From an uncultured Alphaproteobacteria bacterium (GTDB taxonomy: Bacteria; Pseudomonadota; Alphaproteobacteria; ATCC43930; CGMCC-115725): 64,000 bases of DNA. The notes under the pieces were generated by a model. It saw only the letters and a program-made list of their open reading frames with translations. It was not told the origin of the DNA and did not search any database. The translations under genes were made by a program, and so were the position numbers. Location of the stretch: NCBI GenBank assembly GCA_963773665.1, contig CAVZBZ010000004.1, forward strand, positions 275,430 through 339,429. Reading direction: 5' to 3'. Positions 38,411 through 48,672 of the stretch are shown piece by piece; the stretch's first letter is position 1, and the number at the start of each line of letters is the position of its first letter.

Positions 38411-38803
38411 CTAGCCCGCGACCGCGAGCGCGTCGATCTGCAGCAGCACGCCGCCGCGGAGCGGCAGGACGAGCGTGTGCCGCGCCGGGCGCTTGGCCGC
38501 GTCGGGCCAGCATTCGAGCCAGTATTTGTTGAGCGCGTCGCGGAAGCCGTCGTCCGTCACCCAGCAGGTGACCTTCACCACGTCGCCCAACCCCATGCCG
38601 CCCTTCGCCAGGATGGTCTTCAGGTTCTCGAACGCGAGCCGCGCCTGGCCGTCGGCGTCGGGCGCGAGCTTGCCGGTCTTGGCGTCGCGCCCGCTCACCG
38701 CCGAGGTGGCGATCACGTTGCCGACGCGGCTTGCGACCGGAATGGGCGCGCCGTGGGCGATCCCTTCGACATCGATGCTTTGCTGCCGCCGTGCCTCCGC
38801 CAT
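38411..38803 (-). CDS. RidA/YjgF-family protein
   Basis: MAEARRQQSIDVEGIAHGAPIPVASRVGNVIATSAVSG...VVKVTCWV. Internal ATG of ORF 38411..38929. Confidence 0.8.
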   Translation of the reverse strand: MAEARRQQSIDVEGIAHGAPIPVASRVGNVIATSAVSGRDAKTGKLAPDADGQARLAFENLKTILAKGGMGLGDVVKVTCWVTDDGFRDALNKYWLECWPDAAKRPARHTLVLPLRGGVLLQIDALAVAG

Positions 38804-38910
38804 CGCTTCCTCCCTTGCTCGAGCGTGGGGCGATGCTGGCAAGTCGCGGCGACGAATGCAACGCCCCGCTCGGGATGCTAGACTTGCGCAAAACCGGGGG
38901 AGGAAATTCG

Positions 38911-40110
38911 ATGCGACGCATTCCGGCACTGGCCGCAGGGCTTTTGGCGTTGGTCGCGGGCGGCGCGGCCTTGGCGCAGAACGCGCCGGGCATCAGCGCG
39001 GACGAGATCAAGATCGGCCAGACCATGCCCTATAGCGGGCCGGTCGCCGCGTTCAGCGCGCTCGGCAAGGGCGAGATCGGCTACTTCAACATGATCAACG
39101 ACCAGGGCGGCATCAACGGCCGCAAGGTCAAGCTTCTGTCGCTCGACGACGGCTATGTCCCGGCCAAGACGGTCGAAGACACGCGCAAGCTCGTCGAGCA
39201 GGAGGGCGTCGCGTTCCTGTTCAGCTCGATCGGCACCGCAACCAACACCTCGGTCCAGAAGTACCTCAACGAGCGCAAGATCCCGCAGCTTTTCATCGGC
39301 TCGGGCGCCAGCAAGTGGAACGACCCGAAGAACTTCCCCTGGACCATGCCCGGCGTGCAGGCGACGTTCCGCTACGAGGCGCGCATCTATACGCGCTACA
39401 TCCTCAAGCAGAAGCCCGACGCCAAGATCGCCGTGCTCTATCAGAACGACGATTACGGCAAGGACTACATCCTCGGCATCAAGGACGTGCTCGGCGCCGA
39501 TTACGACAAGCGCGTGATCGAGGCGAGCTACGAGTTCACCGACCCGACCGTCGATTTGCAAATCGTGTCGCTGCGCGGCAGCAACGCCGACGCGGTCATC
39601 GCCGCGGCGACGCCGAAATTCATGGCGCAGGCCATCCGCAAGATGTACGACCTGCAATGGAAGCCGATGTTCTTCATGAGCAACGTGTCGATCTGGCTCA
39701 ATTCGGTGATCGAGCCGGCCGGACCCGAGAAGGCCGTGGGCGCGATCTCGTCGGCCTATTACAAGGACCCGAGCGATCCGAGCTGGGCCAACGACCCCGG
39801 CATTCTCGTTTGGCGCGGCTTCATGAAGAAATACATGCCGAACGAGGATCAGAACGACCAGAATTTCGTCAATTCCTTCGGCGAGGGCGCGACGCTCGTC
39901 GAGGTCCTGAAAGCGGCGGGCAACGATCTCTCGCGCGAGAACATCCTGAAGCAGGCGACGCATATCGGCGGGCTCGATATCCCGGTGCTGCTGCCGGGAA
40001 TCAAGGTGGCCACGAGCCCCGACAACTACACCTCGATCCGCGACATGCAGCTGATGCGCTTTGACGGCACGCACTGGGTCCGGTTCGGCGACGTGCTGTC
40101 GGGCTCCTAG
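38911..40110 (+). CDS. ABC transporter substrate-binding protein (Leu/Ile/Val-binding family)
   Basis: Signal peptide MRRIPALAAGLLALVAGGAALA followed by IKIGQTMPYSGP.... GGGGGAGG RBS. Confidence 0.9.
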   Translation: MRRIPALAAGLLALVAGGAALAQNAPGISADEIKIGQTMPYSGPVAAFSALGKGEIGYFNMINDQGGINGRKVKLLSLDDGYVPAKTVEDTRKLVEQEGVAFLFSSIGTATNTSVQKYLNERKIPQLFIGSGASKWNDPKNFPWTMPGVQATFRYEARIYTRYILKQKPDAKIAVLYQNDDYGKDYILGIKDVLGADYDKRVIEASYEFTDPTVDLQIVSLRGSNADAVIAAATPKFMAQAIRKMYDLQWKPMFFMSNVSIWLNSVIEPAGPEKAVGAISSAYYKDPSDPSWANDPGILVWRGFMKKYMPNEDQNDQNFVNSFGEGATLVEVLKAAGNDLSRENILKQATHIGGLDIPVLLPGIKVATSPDNYTSIRDMQLMRFDGTHWVRFGDVLSGS

Positions 40111-40168
40111 GCGCGGCGGGGCGGCAAAACTTAGCAAAAGATTTACGTGCTGCTGCCATCATGCGGCA

Positions 40169-41663
40169 ATGCTTCGCGTCCTCTATGTCTGCGTTGCCGA
40201 GCAGCATGACCTTCGGCTCGTGGCGCTTGCCGCGTTCGTGTGCCTCTTCGCCTGCTTCACCGCGACAAATCTATATGCGCGGGCGGAAGAGACGCACCGC
40301 GCGCGCCGTCTCCTGTGGGTGTCGGCTGCTGCCGTGGTGTTCGGCTGCGGCGTGTGGGCGACGCACTTCGTCGCCGAGCTGGCCTACCGCCCGGGACTTC
40401 CGATCGTCTATGACGAGAGCCTGACGGCGCTTTCGGCGGCGATTGCCGTCGTGGTCGCGGGCACGGGCATTGCCGTCGCGACCCAGCGCGGCGCGGTCAA
40501 GCTGGGCGGCGCGATCGTCGGCGCGGCCGTCGGTGCCATGCACTACGCCGGCGTCGCCGCAATGCACGCGCCTGCGATCTATCACTGGAGCGGCCTCTAT
40601 GTCGCAGCCTCGCTGGCGATCGGCATGGCGCTTTCGGCCACGGCCTTTGCCGTCCAGTCGCACGGCGCCGGACTTGGCCGGCGCATCGGCGCGACCGGGC
40701 TTCTCGTGCTCGCGATCGTCGGCCTGCACTTCACCGCAATGGCGGCGCTGACGCTCGAGTTCGATCCGTCCGTGCAAATTCCGCCCGAAGCGGCCGCGCC
40801 CGAGCTCCTGGCGGTCGCCGTCGCCGGCGTCACGGCGGTGATCATCACCATCGGCCTTGCCAGCGCCGTCGCCGACGGCCAGCTCGTGCGGCAGGCGACG
40901 CTGCAAACGGCGCGGCTCACGGAACTGGTTGACGAGCGCACGTCCGCGCTGCACCGGGCGCAAGCCGAGCTGCTGCGCAACGAATGGCTCTCGACCATGG
41001 GCCAGCTCACCGCGACGGTCGCGCACGAGCTGCGCAACCCTCTGAGCGCCGCGCGCAACTCGCTGTTCGTCATCCGCAAGACGCTGAGCACCCAGGGCAT
41101 CGAGCTCGAACGGCCGATCGCCCGCGTCGAACGCAGCGTCGCGCGCTGCGAACGCATCATCAGCGACCTGCTCGATTACACCCGCGGGCGCGAGCCGCGC
41201 CGCGCGCCGCTTCCCCTCGAGGCCTGGCTCGAGGATTCGCTGCGCGAGCAGCGCCTGCCCGAAGGCATCGTCCTGGTGCGCGACTTCCGCGCGCCGGATG
41301 CGCTCGTCAGTCTGCGATGCCGAGCGGATGCGGCGCGTGCTGGACAACGTCATCGAGAACGCGGTTCAGGCGATCGGCGAGACCGGCGGCGCGGGCCGGA
41401 TCGAGGTAAGCACACGGATTGCCAAGGGCGCATTCGAGCTCGCCATCGCCGACACCGGCCCCGGCGTCGCTCCCGAAATCCTGCCGCGGGTGTTCGAGCC
41501 GCTTTACAGCACCAAGAGCTTCGGCACCGGGCTTGGGCTCCCGGCGGTGAAGCAGATCGTCGAGCAGCACGGCGGAGACGTCCGCTTCGAAAACACGCCC
41601 GGGCAAGGCGCGCGAATCGTCATGCGCCTGCCGCTCGCCAACTCCCAAGCCATCGCCGCCTGA
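40169..41663 (+). pseudogene. MHYT-domain sensor histidine kinase, frameshifted near 41306-41313
   Basis: Membrane MHYT repeats (WATHF, GAMHYAG, GLHFTAM), HisKA TVAHELRNPL, then a frame change into ORF 41298..41663, which carries DTGPGV and GTGLGL ATPase motifs. Confidence 0.7.
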
Positions 41664-41667
41664 GCCG

Positions 41668-42279
41668 CTAGTCGGCCGGAACGAGCCGGCCGCCGTCGCG
41701 GCGGAAGCAGCCCTCCTCGGTCACGACGTGATCCATCGGTATGTCGTGCGGCTGCGGATGGATCGTCGGCAGGCGGCCCAGCGCGAATCCCACGCCGAGC
41801 GCTAATGGCTTGACGCCGTAAGAAGCGAAGGTGCGGTCGTAATACCCCGCGCCATAGCCGAGCCGGTATCCGGCATCGTCGAAACCGAGGAGCGGCACGA
41901 TGAGCGCGGCGGGCGCCAGCGCATCGCCTTCGGCGGGATAGGGTATGTCGTAGACGCCCTTCGCCATCTTGGTCGCGTCATTCCAGCGGCGGAATTCGAG
42001 CGGCATTCCCTGGCCCACGACGACCGGCAACGCGACGTCGCCGCCCGCCGCGATGAAGCGGCGCGCAAACGGCAAGGGATCGAATTCGTGCCGGATCGGC
42101 CAGTAGATCCCGACGAGGCCGCGCCGAAGCTCCGGCAGGAAGGCATCGAGCCGCGCTTCGAGGACGCGGCTTTTCGCCCGGTGCGCCGTGGGCCCCAGCG
42201 CCGCGCGCTCGGCGAGCAGCCTTTGCCGCTGCTGCCGCCGCCAGGCCGCGATCTCGCGCCAGCTTTGCGCCGCGGTCAC
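41668..42279 (-). CDS. 5-formyltetrahydrofolate cyclo-ligase
   Basis: C-terminal 203 aa of ORF 41668..42819 (...[12 protein letters not shown]...LPVVV...[17 protein letters not shown]). The GTG overlaps the fhs stop (GTGA). Confidence 0.8.
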   Translation of the reverse strand: MTAAQSWREIAAWRRQQRQRLLAERAALGPTAHRAKSRVLEARLDAFLPELRRGLVGIYWPIRHEFDPLPFARRFIAAGGDVALPVVVGQGMPLEFRRWNDATKMAKGVYDIPYPAEGDALAPAALIVPLLGFDDAGYRLGYGAGYYDRTFASYGVKPLALGVGFALGRLPTIHPQPHDIPMDHVVTEEGCFRRDGGRLVPAD

Positions 42280-43961
42280 GACAGGCCGACGATGCGGCCG
42301 TCGCGCTCGACGCTGACGCCCACCGCCGAGGGGACGCGCGGCAGGCCCGGCATGGTCATGATGTCGCCGCAGATCGCGACCACGAACTCGGCGCCGGCGG
42401 AAAGCCGCACCTCGCGCACCGGCAGCGCGAAGCCGGTGGGCGCGCCGCGCAACTCTGGATCGGCGGAGAAGCTGTATTGCGTCTTCGCCATGCACACGGG
42501 CAACGCGCCGAAGCCGAGTTTTTCCAGCTCTTCGAGGCGGTCCGTCACCGGCTTCGGCGCCGTCACCTCGGCCGCGCCGTAGATTTCCTTGGCGATCGTG
42601 CGGATCTTGTCGATGAGCTTCATGCCGTCGGGATAGAGCACGCGGAAGTCGGCCTTGCCCTCGGCGATCGTCTCGGCCACGGCGCGCGCGAGCGGCTCGG
42701 CGCCGGCGCTGCCCTTGGCCCAGTGCTCGCACACGAACGCCTTGACGCCCAAGGCGCGGCTTCCCTCCACCACCGCCGCAAGCTCGGCGTCGCTGTCGGA
42801 GCCGAAGCGGTTCACGCACACGAGCGGCGGCACGCCGAACCGCTTCACGTTGACGATGTGGCGCTCGAGATTGGCCATGCCCTTCGTCACCGAAGCGGCG
42901 TTTTCCTTGCCGAGATCGGCGCGCGCCACGCCGCCGTGGAATTTCAGCGCGCGCACCGAGGCGACGATCACCGCGGCATCAGGCTTGAGGCCCGCCTTGC
43001 GGCACTTGATGTCGAAGAATTTCTCGGCGCCGAGATCGGCGCCGAATCCCGCCTCGGTCACGACGTAATCGGCGAGCTTCAAGGCAAGCCGCGTCGCCAT
43101 CGTCGTGTTGCAGCCGTGCGCGATGTTGGCGAACGGGCCGCCATGGACGAAGGCGGGATTGTGCTCGAGCGTCTGCACCAGATTGGGCTTCAGCGCGTCC
43201 TTCAGCAGTGCCGCCATCGCGCCCTGCGCCTTCAGATCCTGGGCGCGCACCGGCTTCCGGTCGCGGCTCGCGCCCACGACGATGTTGGCGAGACGCCGCT
43301 CCAGATCCTCGGTCGATTGCGCAAGGCACAGGATCGCCATGACCTCGGACGCGACGGTGATGTCGAACCCGTCCTCGCGCGGGAAACCGTTGGCGACGCC
43401 GCCCAAGGACGAGACGACCTGGCGCAGCGCGCGATCGTTCATGTCGAGGCAGCGCCGCCACGTCACGCGGCGCGGGTCGAGCGCGGGCTCGCTGCCCCAA
43501 TAGATGTGGTTGTCCACCATCGCCGCGAGCAGGTTGTTGGCCGCGGCGACGGCGTGGAGGTCGCCGGTGAAGTGCAGATTGATCTCGTCCATCGGCACGA
43601 CCTGCGACCAGCCGCCGCCGGCGGCGCCGCCCTTGACGCCGAAGCACGGGCCCAGGCTCGGCTCCCTGAGGCACAGCATGGCCTTCTTGCCGATGCGGTT
43701 GAGCGCGTCGGCGAGCCCGACGCTGGTCGTCGTCTTGCCTTCGCCGGCCGGGGTCGGATTGATCGCGGTGACGACGATGAGCTTGCCGTCCGGGCGCTCG
43801 TCGAAACAGCGTTGGGCAAATCCCAAACCGATCTTTGCCTTGTAGTGACCGTAGGGCTCGACGGCCTCGGCCGGGATGCCGAGCCGGTCCCGCGCGATGT
43901 CGAGGATCGGCCGCGGCGTGACCGAGTTCGCAATATCCCAATCCGTCTTCGCCTCGGCCAT
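42276..43961 (-). CDS. fhs: formate--tetrahydrofolate ligase
   Basis: [14 protein letters not shown]...[19 protein letters not shown]...[18 protein letters not shown]. Confidence 0.95.
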   Translation of the reverse strand: MAEAKTDWDIANSVTPRPILDIARDRLGIPAEAVEPYGHYKAKIGLGFAQRCFDERPDGKLIVVTAINPTPAGEGKTTTSVGLADALNRIGKKAMLCLREPSLGPCFGVKGGAAGGGWSQVVPMDEINLHFTGDLHAVAAANNLLAAMVDNHIYWGSEPALDPRRVTWRRCLDMNDRALRQVVSSLGGVANGFPREDGFDITVASEVMAILCLAQSTEDLERRLANIVVGASRDRKPVRAQDLKAQGAMAALLKDALKPNLVQTLEHNPAFVHGGPFANIAHGCNTTMATRLALKLADYVVTEAGFGADLGAEKFFDIKCRKAGLKPDAAVIVASVRALKFHGGVARADLGKENAASVTKGMANLERHIVNVKRFGVPPLVCVNRFGSDSDAELAAVVEGSRALGVKAFVCEHWAKGSAGAEPLARAVAETIAEGKADFRVLYPDGMKLIDKIRTIAKEIYGAAEVTAPKPVTDRLEELEKLGFGALPVCMAKTQYSFSADPELRGAPTGFALPVREVRLSAGAEFVVAICGDIMTMPGLPRVPSAVGVSVERDGRIVGLS

Positions 43962-44101
43962 TGCCCACACCTCTCGTCGGGAGCCCGGGCGATTCGAGGC
44001 GAGGGGGTGGTGGGATGCAACCACAAAATCTGCCCATCTCGGAAGTGGGCGGCGGGCGCACCGGCTTGCGCCGTCCGCGCCCGCGGTCTATGCGGACCGG
44101 C

Positions 44102-45289
44102 ATGAGCGAGCCCTCCCCGCCCGATTTCGCGACCCTCAAGGCAAGGGCCGAAGCGCTCGTGCCGGCGCTCAGGGCGCGGGCGCGCGAGGCCGAGGAACTG
44201 CGCCGCGTGCCCGACGCGACGATCGCCGATCTGCACGCCAGCGGCCTCTTCCGCATGCTGCAGCCGCGGCGCGTCGGCGGCAGCGAGCTGCTCTATCGCG
44301 CGCTCGTGGAGCTGGGCGCGATCGTGTCGCAGGGGTGCGGCTCGACCGGCTGGGTGCTGACCAATCTCGCGAGCCACCACTGGATGCTCGGCATGTGGCC
44401 CAAGGCGGCGCAGGACGAGGTGTGGGGCGGCTCGCCCGACCATCTGATCGGCTCGGCCTTCGTCTTTCCCGGCGGGCGGGCGCGCGCCGTCGAAGGGGGA
44501 TATCTGCTGCGCGGCCGCTGGCCGTTCTCGAGCGGCATCGACGCCTCGCAGTGGAACCTCGTCGGCGGCGTGGTGCGCGACGAGCGCGACCGGCCGGTCG
44601 AGCAGCGCATCTTTCTCGTTCCGGCCAAGGACTATCGCATCATCGACACCTGGTTCGTCGCGGGGCTGCGCGGCACCGGCAGCAAGGATGTCGAGATGGA
44701 CGAGACGTTCGTTCCGGCGCACCGCACGCTGCCGCCCGCCGCCATCGCCGGCGGCGCCACGCCGGGCAGCGCGGTCAATCCCAGCGCGCTCTACAAGCTG
44801 CCGGCCTTGGGTCTGTTCTCGTTCGTGGTGGCGTCCGTCTCGCTCGGCCTCGCGCGCGGCGCGATCGAGGATTATCGCGCGCAGATGCGCGACCGCGTCG
44901 GAACCTATACCGGCAAGCGGCTCGCCGATCTCGCCGGCGTGCAGCTTCGCCTCGCCGAAGCCTCGGCGCTCGCCGACATCGCCGCGGCGCTGATGCTCAA
45001 GGATTGCGACGACGCGACCCGCATCACCGAAGCGGGCGGCGCGCTTTCGAGCGAGGACAAGGCGCGCTGGCGCCGGAACGGCGCCTATGCCGCCGGCATG
45101 TGCACCAAGGCGGTCGAGCTCATCTTCACGGCGACCGGCGGCGCCGGGGTCTATCTGAGCCATCCGGTGCAGCGCGCCTTCCGCGACGCCGCCGCCGCCA
45201 ATGCGCATTACGCATTGAGCTGGGACGTGAACGGCACGCTGTGGGGAAGGGTCGCGCTCGGCCTGCCGATCGACGCGCCGGCGCTCTAA
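44102..45289 (+). CDS. acyl-CoA dehydrogenase-fold flavin-dependent monooxygenase (paralog of 31765..32937)
   Basis: MSEPSPPDFATLKARAEALVPALRARAREAEELRRVPDATI...VAGLRGTGSKDV. Internal ATG of ORF 43961..45289. Confidence 0.75.
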   Translation: MSEPSPPDFATLKARAEALVPALRARAREAEELRRVPDATIADLHASGLFRMLQPRRVGGSELLYRALVELGAIVSQGCGSTGWVLTNLASHHWMLGMWPKAAQDEVWGGSPDHLIGSAFVFPGGRARAVEGGYLLRGRWPFSSGIDASQWNLVGGVVRDERDRPVEQRIFLVPAKDYRIIDTWFVAGLRGTGSKDVEMDETFVPAHRTLPPAAIAGGATPGSAVNPSALYKLPALGLFSFVVASVSLGLARGAIEDYRAQMRDRVGTYTGKRLADLAGVQLRLAEASALADIAAALMLKDCDDATRITEAGGALSSEDKARWRRNGAYAAGMCTKAVELIFTATGGAGVYLSHPVQRAFRDAAAANAHYALSWDVNGTLWGRVALGLPIDAPAL

Positions 45290-47305
45290 GGCGTCGTTCT
45301 CGTCGCCGCGGCGGCGGGCTGGCCGCCGCCGAAGATCGAATGCAGCAGGTTCTGGAGGCCGCCGAAGAGGCCTGGCTCCTCGGCCCTGGGCGCGCTGGCC
45401 TGGGCGATGCGCGGAGCCTCCTCGCCCAAGGGCAGCGGCCGCACCGGCATGGCTTGCGTCGCCTGCGCCATGAAAGTCTTCCAGGTGCGCGCCGGCAATG
45501 TCCCGCCGGTGACATTCTTCATCGGCGAATTGTCGTCGTTGCCGAACCACACGCCGGTGACGAGATCGGCGGTGAATCCGACGAACAGCGCGTCGTGAAA
45601 ATCCTGGGTCGTGCCGGTCTTGCCGGCGGCAGGACGGTCGAGCTGCGCGGCGCGGCCGGTGCCGTGCGCGATGACGCCCATCAGCATCCCGTTCATCTCG
45701 CCGGCGATGCCGGGATCGATGACGCGGCCCGGCCCGGCGCCGCTGCGGCGCCACAGCACGGTGCCTTGCGGGTCGCGGATCTCGCCGATGCCATAGGGCC
45801 AGGCGCCGATGCCGCCGCTCGCAAAGGCGCAATAGGCCGAGGTGAGATCGATCAATGACACGACGCTGGTGCCGAGCGCGAGGCTGTCGTCGCGCGTGAG
45901 GTTGCTCGCGATGCCGAGCCGGTGCGCCGCCTCGATGACGTTGTCGACGCCGGCGCGCTCGATCACCTGCGCCGCCACCGAATTGAGCGACTCCGCCAGC
46001 GCTTGGGCTACGGTCACGTCGCCCAGATACTTGTTCTCGAAATTGTGCGGCTCCCATTTGCCGATGCGGATGCGGTGGTCGTTGAAATGGTCGGACGGCC
46101 GCACGCCATGCTCGAGCGCGGCGAGATAGACGAACGGCTTGAACGACGAGCCGGGCTGGCGCAGCGCCTGGGTCGCGCGATTGAACTGGCTTTCGGCATA
46201 GTCGCGCCCGCCCACCATGGCGCGCACCGCGCCGTCGGGCGACATGGCGACGAGCGCGCCCTCGTCCACTTGCGCTTTGTCGCCGTCGCGGTCGAGCGTC
46301 GCGAGCACCGCGCCTTCGGCTTCGCCCTGCATGCGCGAATCGAGCGTCGTGACGACGACGATGTCGCGGCCCTGCGCCTCGTGCAGCCGCCCGAGCTGAT
46401 CGGCGATCCAATCGGCGAAATAGCGGCTTCCCGGCGGCGTCCGCGCGGCCGCCGCAAGGGCGCGCTTCTCGTCCGTCGCCGCGGCCGCCGCCTGGGCATC
46501 GGTGATGTAGCCGGCATCGACCATGTTGGCGAGGACCTGCTGCGCGCGCTCGGCCGCGCGCCCGCCGTCGCGCGCCGGGCTGAATTTCGTCGGCGCCTTC
46601 AGGAGGCCGGCGATCACCGCCGCCTCGTACAGCGTCAAATGGCGCGCGGATTTCGCGAAATAGCGGTGCGACGCGGCGTCGACCCCATAGGTGCCGGCGC
46701 CGAGATAGACGCGGTTGAGATAGATCTCGAGGATCTGATTCTTGGTGAACTCGTGCTCGAGCCAGAGCGCGAGCAGCGTCTCCTGGATCTTGCGCGAGAA
46801 CGTGCGCTCGTTGCGTGAGGAAGACGTTCTTGGCGAGCTGCTGCGTGATGGTGCTGCCGCCCTGGACGACGTGGCCGGCGCGCAGATCGGCGAATGCCGC
46901 GCGCATCGTGCCCCAGAGATCGATGCCGAAATGGCTGTAGAAGCGCCGGTCCTCGGTCGCGATCACCGCCTCGGGCAGGTATTTCGGCATCTCGTTGATG
47001 CGCAGCGGCTCGCCGAAGAGATCGCCGAACGTGGCGACAAGCGAGCCGTCCGCCGCGAGCAGCGTCACCGACGGCCGCCGCTCGGCCACCGCAAGGTCCT
47101 TGGTCGAGGGCAAGGTCAGCGCGAAATAGCCGAGCGCGCCCCCGCCCAGGATCGCCACCCACAGCGCCGCGACGAGGCCCCACTTCCACCAGCGCCCGCG
47201 CGGCCGCCGTTTCCGCGGCGGCTTCTTCTCCGGCGCGGCCTTGGGCGCCCGCCGCTCGCCGCGATCGGCCGGATCGGCACGCAAATCGAAATCCTTTCCC
47301 GGCAT
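45286..47305 (-). pseudogene. mrcA: class A penicillin-binding protein (PBP1A-type transglycosylase/transpeptidase), frameshifted near 46813
   Basis: GT51 motifs EDRRFYSHFGID and GGSTITQQLAKNVFLT lie in the N-terminal frame. After one extra nucleotide (ctcacgCaacgag) the sequence continues NERTFSRKIQE...SSFKP...SLN...KTGTT in ORF 45286..46638. Confidence 0.8.
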
Positions 47306-47376
47306 GCGCGCGCTTTTAGCACAGCTTCCGGCACGCGCGGCAGCCGAACAGGCCCTGCCCCAAAATCGCCTTAGGC

Positions 47377-48666
47377 GTGAAAGCCCGCCCGGACGGGGGA
47401 TGGGCTTGCGGCGCGAAGCGGCGGGTCCGAAGCTGGCGCACTTCCCGCCGCCGGAGCCCCCGCCTGCTCGCCACCCTGATCTTCGTTGCTACCTATGCCG
47501 TGATCGCGCTGGGGCGCCTGCCGGGCGCGCGGCTCGACCGCGCCGGCGCTGCACTCATCGGCGCGAGCCTCATGGTCGCAAGCGGCACGCTCGACCTCGA
47601 CGAGGCGTTTCGCGCGATCGATCCGGCGACGATCGTGCTGCTGCTCGGCATGATGATCCTCGTCGCGAATCTGCGCTTTTCCGGGTTCTTCGGGCTCGCC
47701 GCGCTCGCCATTGCGCGCGGCGCGCGCCATCCCGTGCCGCTTCTCGTCGGCGTCGTCGCCGTCTCGGGCGTGCTGTCGGCGTTTCTCGTCAACGACACCG
47801 TATGCCTCATGCTGACGCCGCTCGTGGCCGAGACGGTGGCATCGCTGAAGCGCAATCCGGTGCCCTATCTTCTTGCCGTGGCGATGGCGTCGAACATCGG
47901 CAGCGCCGCCACCATCACCGGCAATCCGCAGAACATGATCATCGGCAGCCTGTCGCACATTCCCTATGGCACGTTCGCCGCCGCGCTTGCGCCGGCGGCT
48001 GCGGCGGGACTCGCGGTGGCGGCGCTGTTCATCGTGCTGTCGTTCCCGCGCGAGTTTCTGACGCGCGAGCGGCTACCGGCCGTGACGCTGCGCGTTCGCG
48101 TCAACCACGCGCTTCTCGCCCGCTCCCTCATCGCGACGGCGGCGCTCATCGCGCTTTTCTTCATGGGCGCGCCGCCGGCCAAGGTCGCGATCGTCGTCGG
48201 CGCGCTCCTCCTCATCACGCGGCGGGTGAAGCCCGAGCGGGTCTATGCCGAGATCGATTGGGCGCTGCTCTTGATGTTCGCGGGATTGTTCATCGTCGTC
48301 GCGGGGTTCGAGACGGCGGTCTTGACGCCGCAGCACACGCGCGCCATCGCCGGGCTCGGCCTCGGGCGCCCGGCGGTGCTGTCGCTGGTAGCCGCGGTGC
48401 TGTCCAATCTCGTGAGCAACGTACCCGCGGTGCTCGTCCTGAAGCCGTTCATCGCCGCACTGCCCGCGCCGCAGCACGCCTGGCTCGTGCTTGCCATGGC
48501 CTCGACATTTGCCGGCAATTTCGCGATCGTCGGCTCGGTCGCGAATCTCATCGTGGTCGAGCGCGCGCGCCGCCACGGCATCGAGATCGATTTCTGGAGC
48601 TACGCCCGCATCGGCGCGCCGCTCGCGATCGTCACGATCGCGCTCGGCGTGCTGATCGTCGGATGA
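47377..48666 (+). CDS. anion permease of the ArsB/NhaD (citrate-transporter-like) superfamily
   Basis: About 10-12 TM segments, including LLATLIFVATYAVIALGRLPG...MASNIGSAATITGNPQNMII. The N-terminus and start are uncertain. Confidence 0.75.
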   Translation: MKARPDGGWACGAKRRVRSWRTSRRRSPRLLATLIFVATYAVIALGRLPGARLDRAGAALIGASLMVASGTLDLDEAFRAIDPATIVLLLGMMILVANLRFSGFFGLAALAIARGARHPVPLLVGVVAVSGVLSAFLVNDTVCLMLTPLVAETVASLKRNPVPYLLAVAMASNIGSAATITGNPQNMIIGSLSHIPYGTFAAALAPAAAAGLAVAALFIVLSFPREFLTRERLPAVTLRVRVNHALLARSLIATAALIALFFMGAPPAKVAIVVGALLLITRRVKPERVYAEIDWALLLMFAGLFIVVAGFETAVLTPQHTRAIAGLGLGRPAVLSLVAAVLSNLVSNVPAVLVLKPFIAALPAPQHAWLVLAMASTFAGNFAIVGSVANLIVVERARRHGIEIDFWSYARIGAPLAIVTIALGVLIVG

Positions 48667-48672
48667 GGCCGC

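Noticed and set aside
45286-45289. 4-nt overlap of convergent stop codons (monooxygenase and PBP1A) as a regulatory feature
   Set aside because: This is simple tail-to-tail packing, which is common in compact genomes. I saw no associated structure.
43463-47305. 1280-aa minus-strand ORF
   Set aside because: It is a chimera. Only the first ~165 codons (from 47305 down to the frameshift near 46813) are the genuine PBP1A N-terminus. Beyond that point the frame stays open by chance through the out-of-frame remainder of PBP1A and then runs antisense through the monooxygenase gene and off-frame into fhs.
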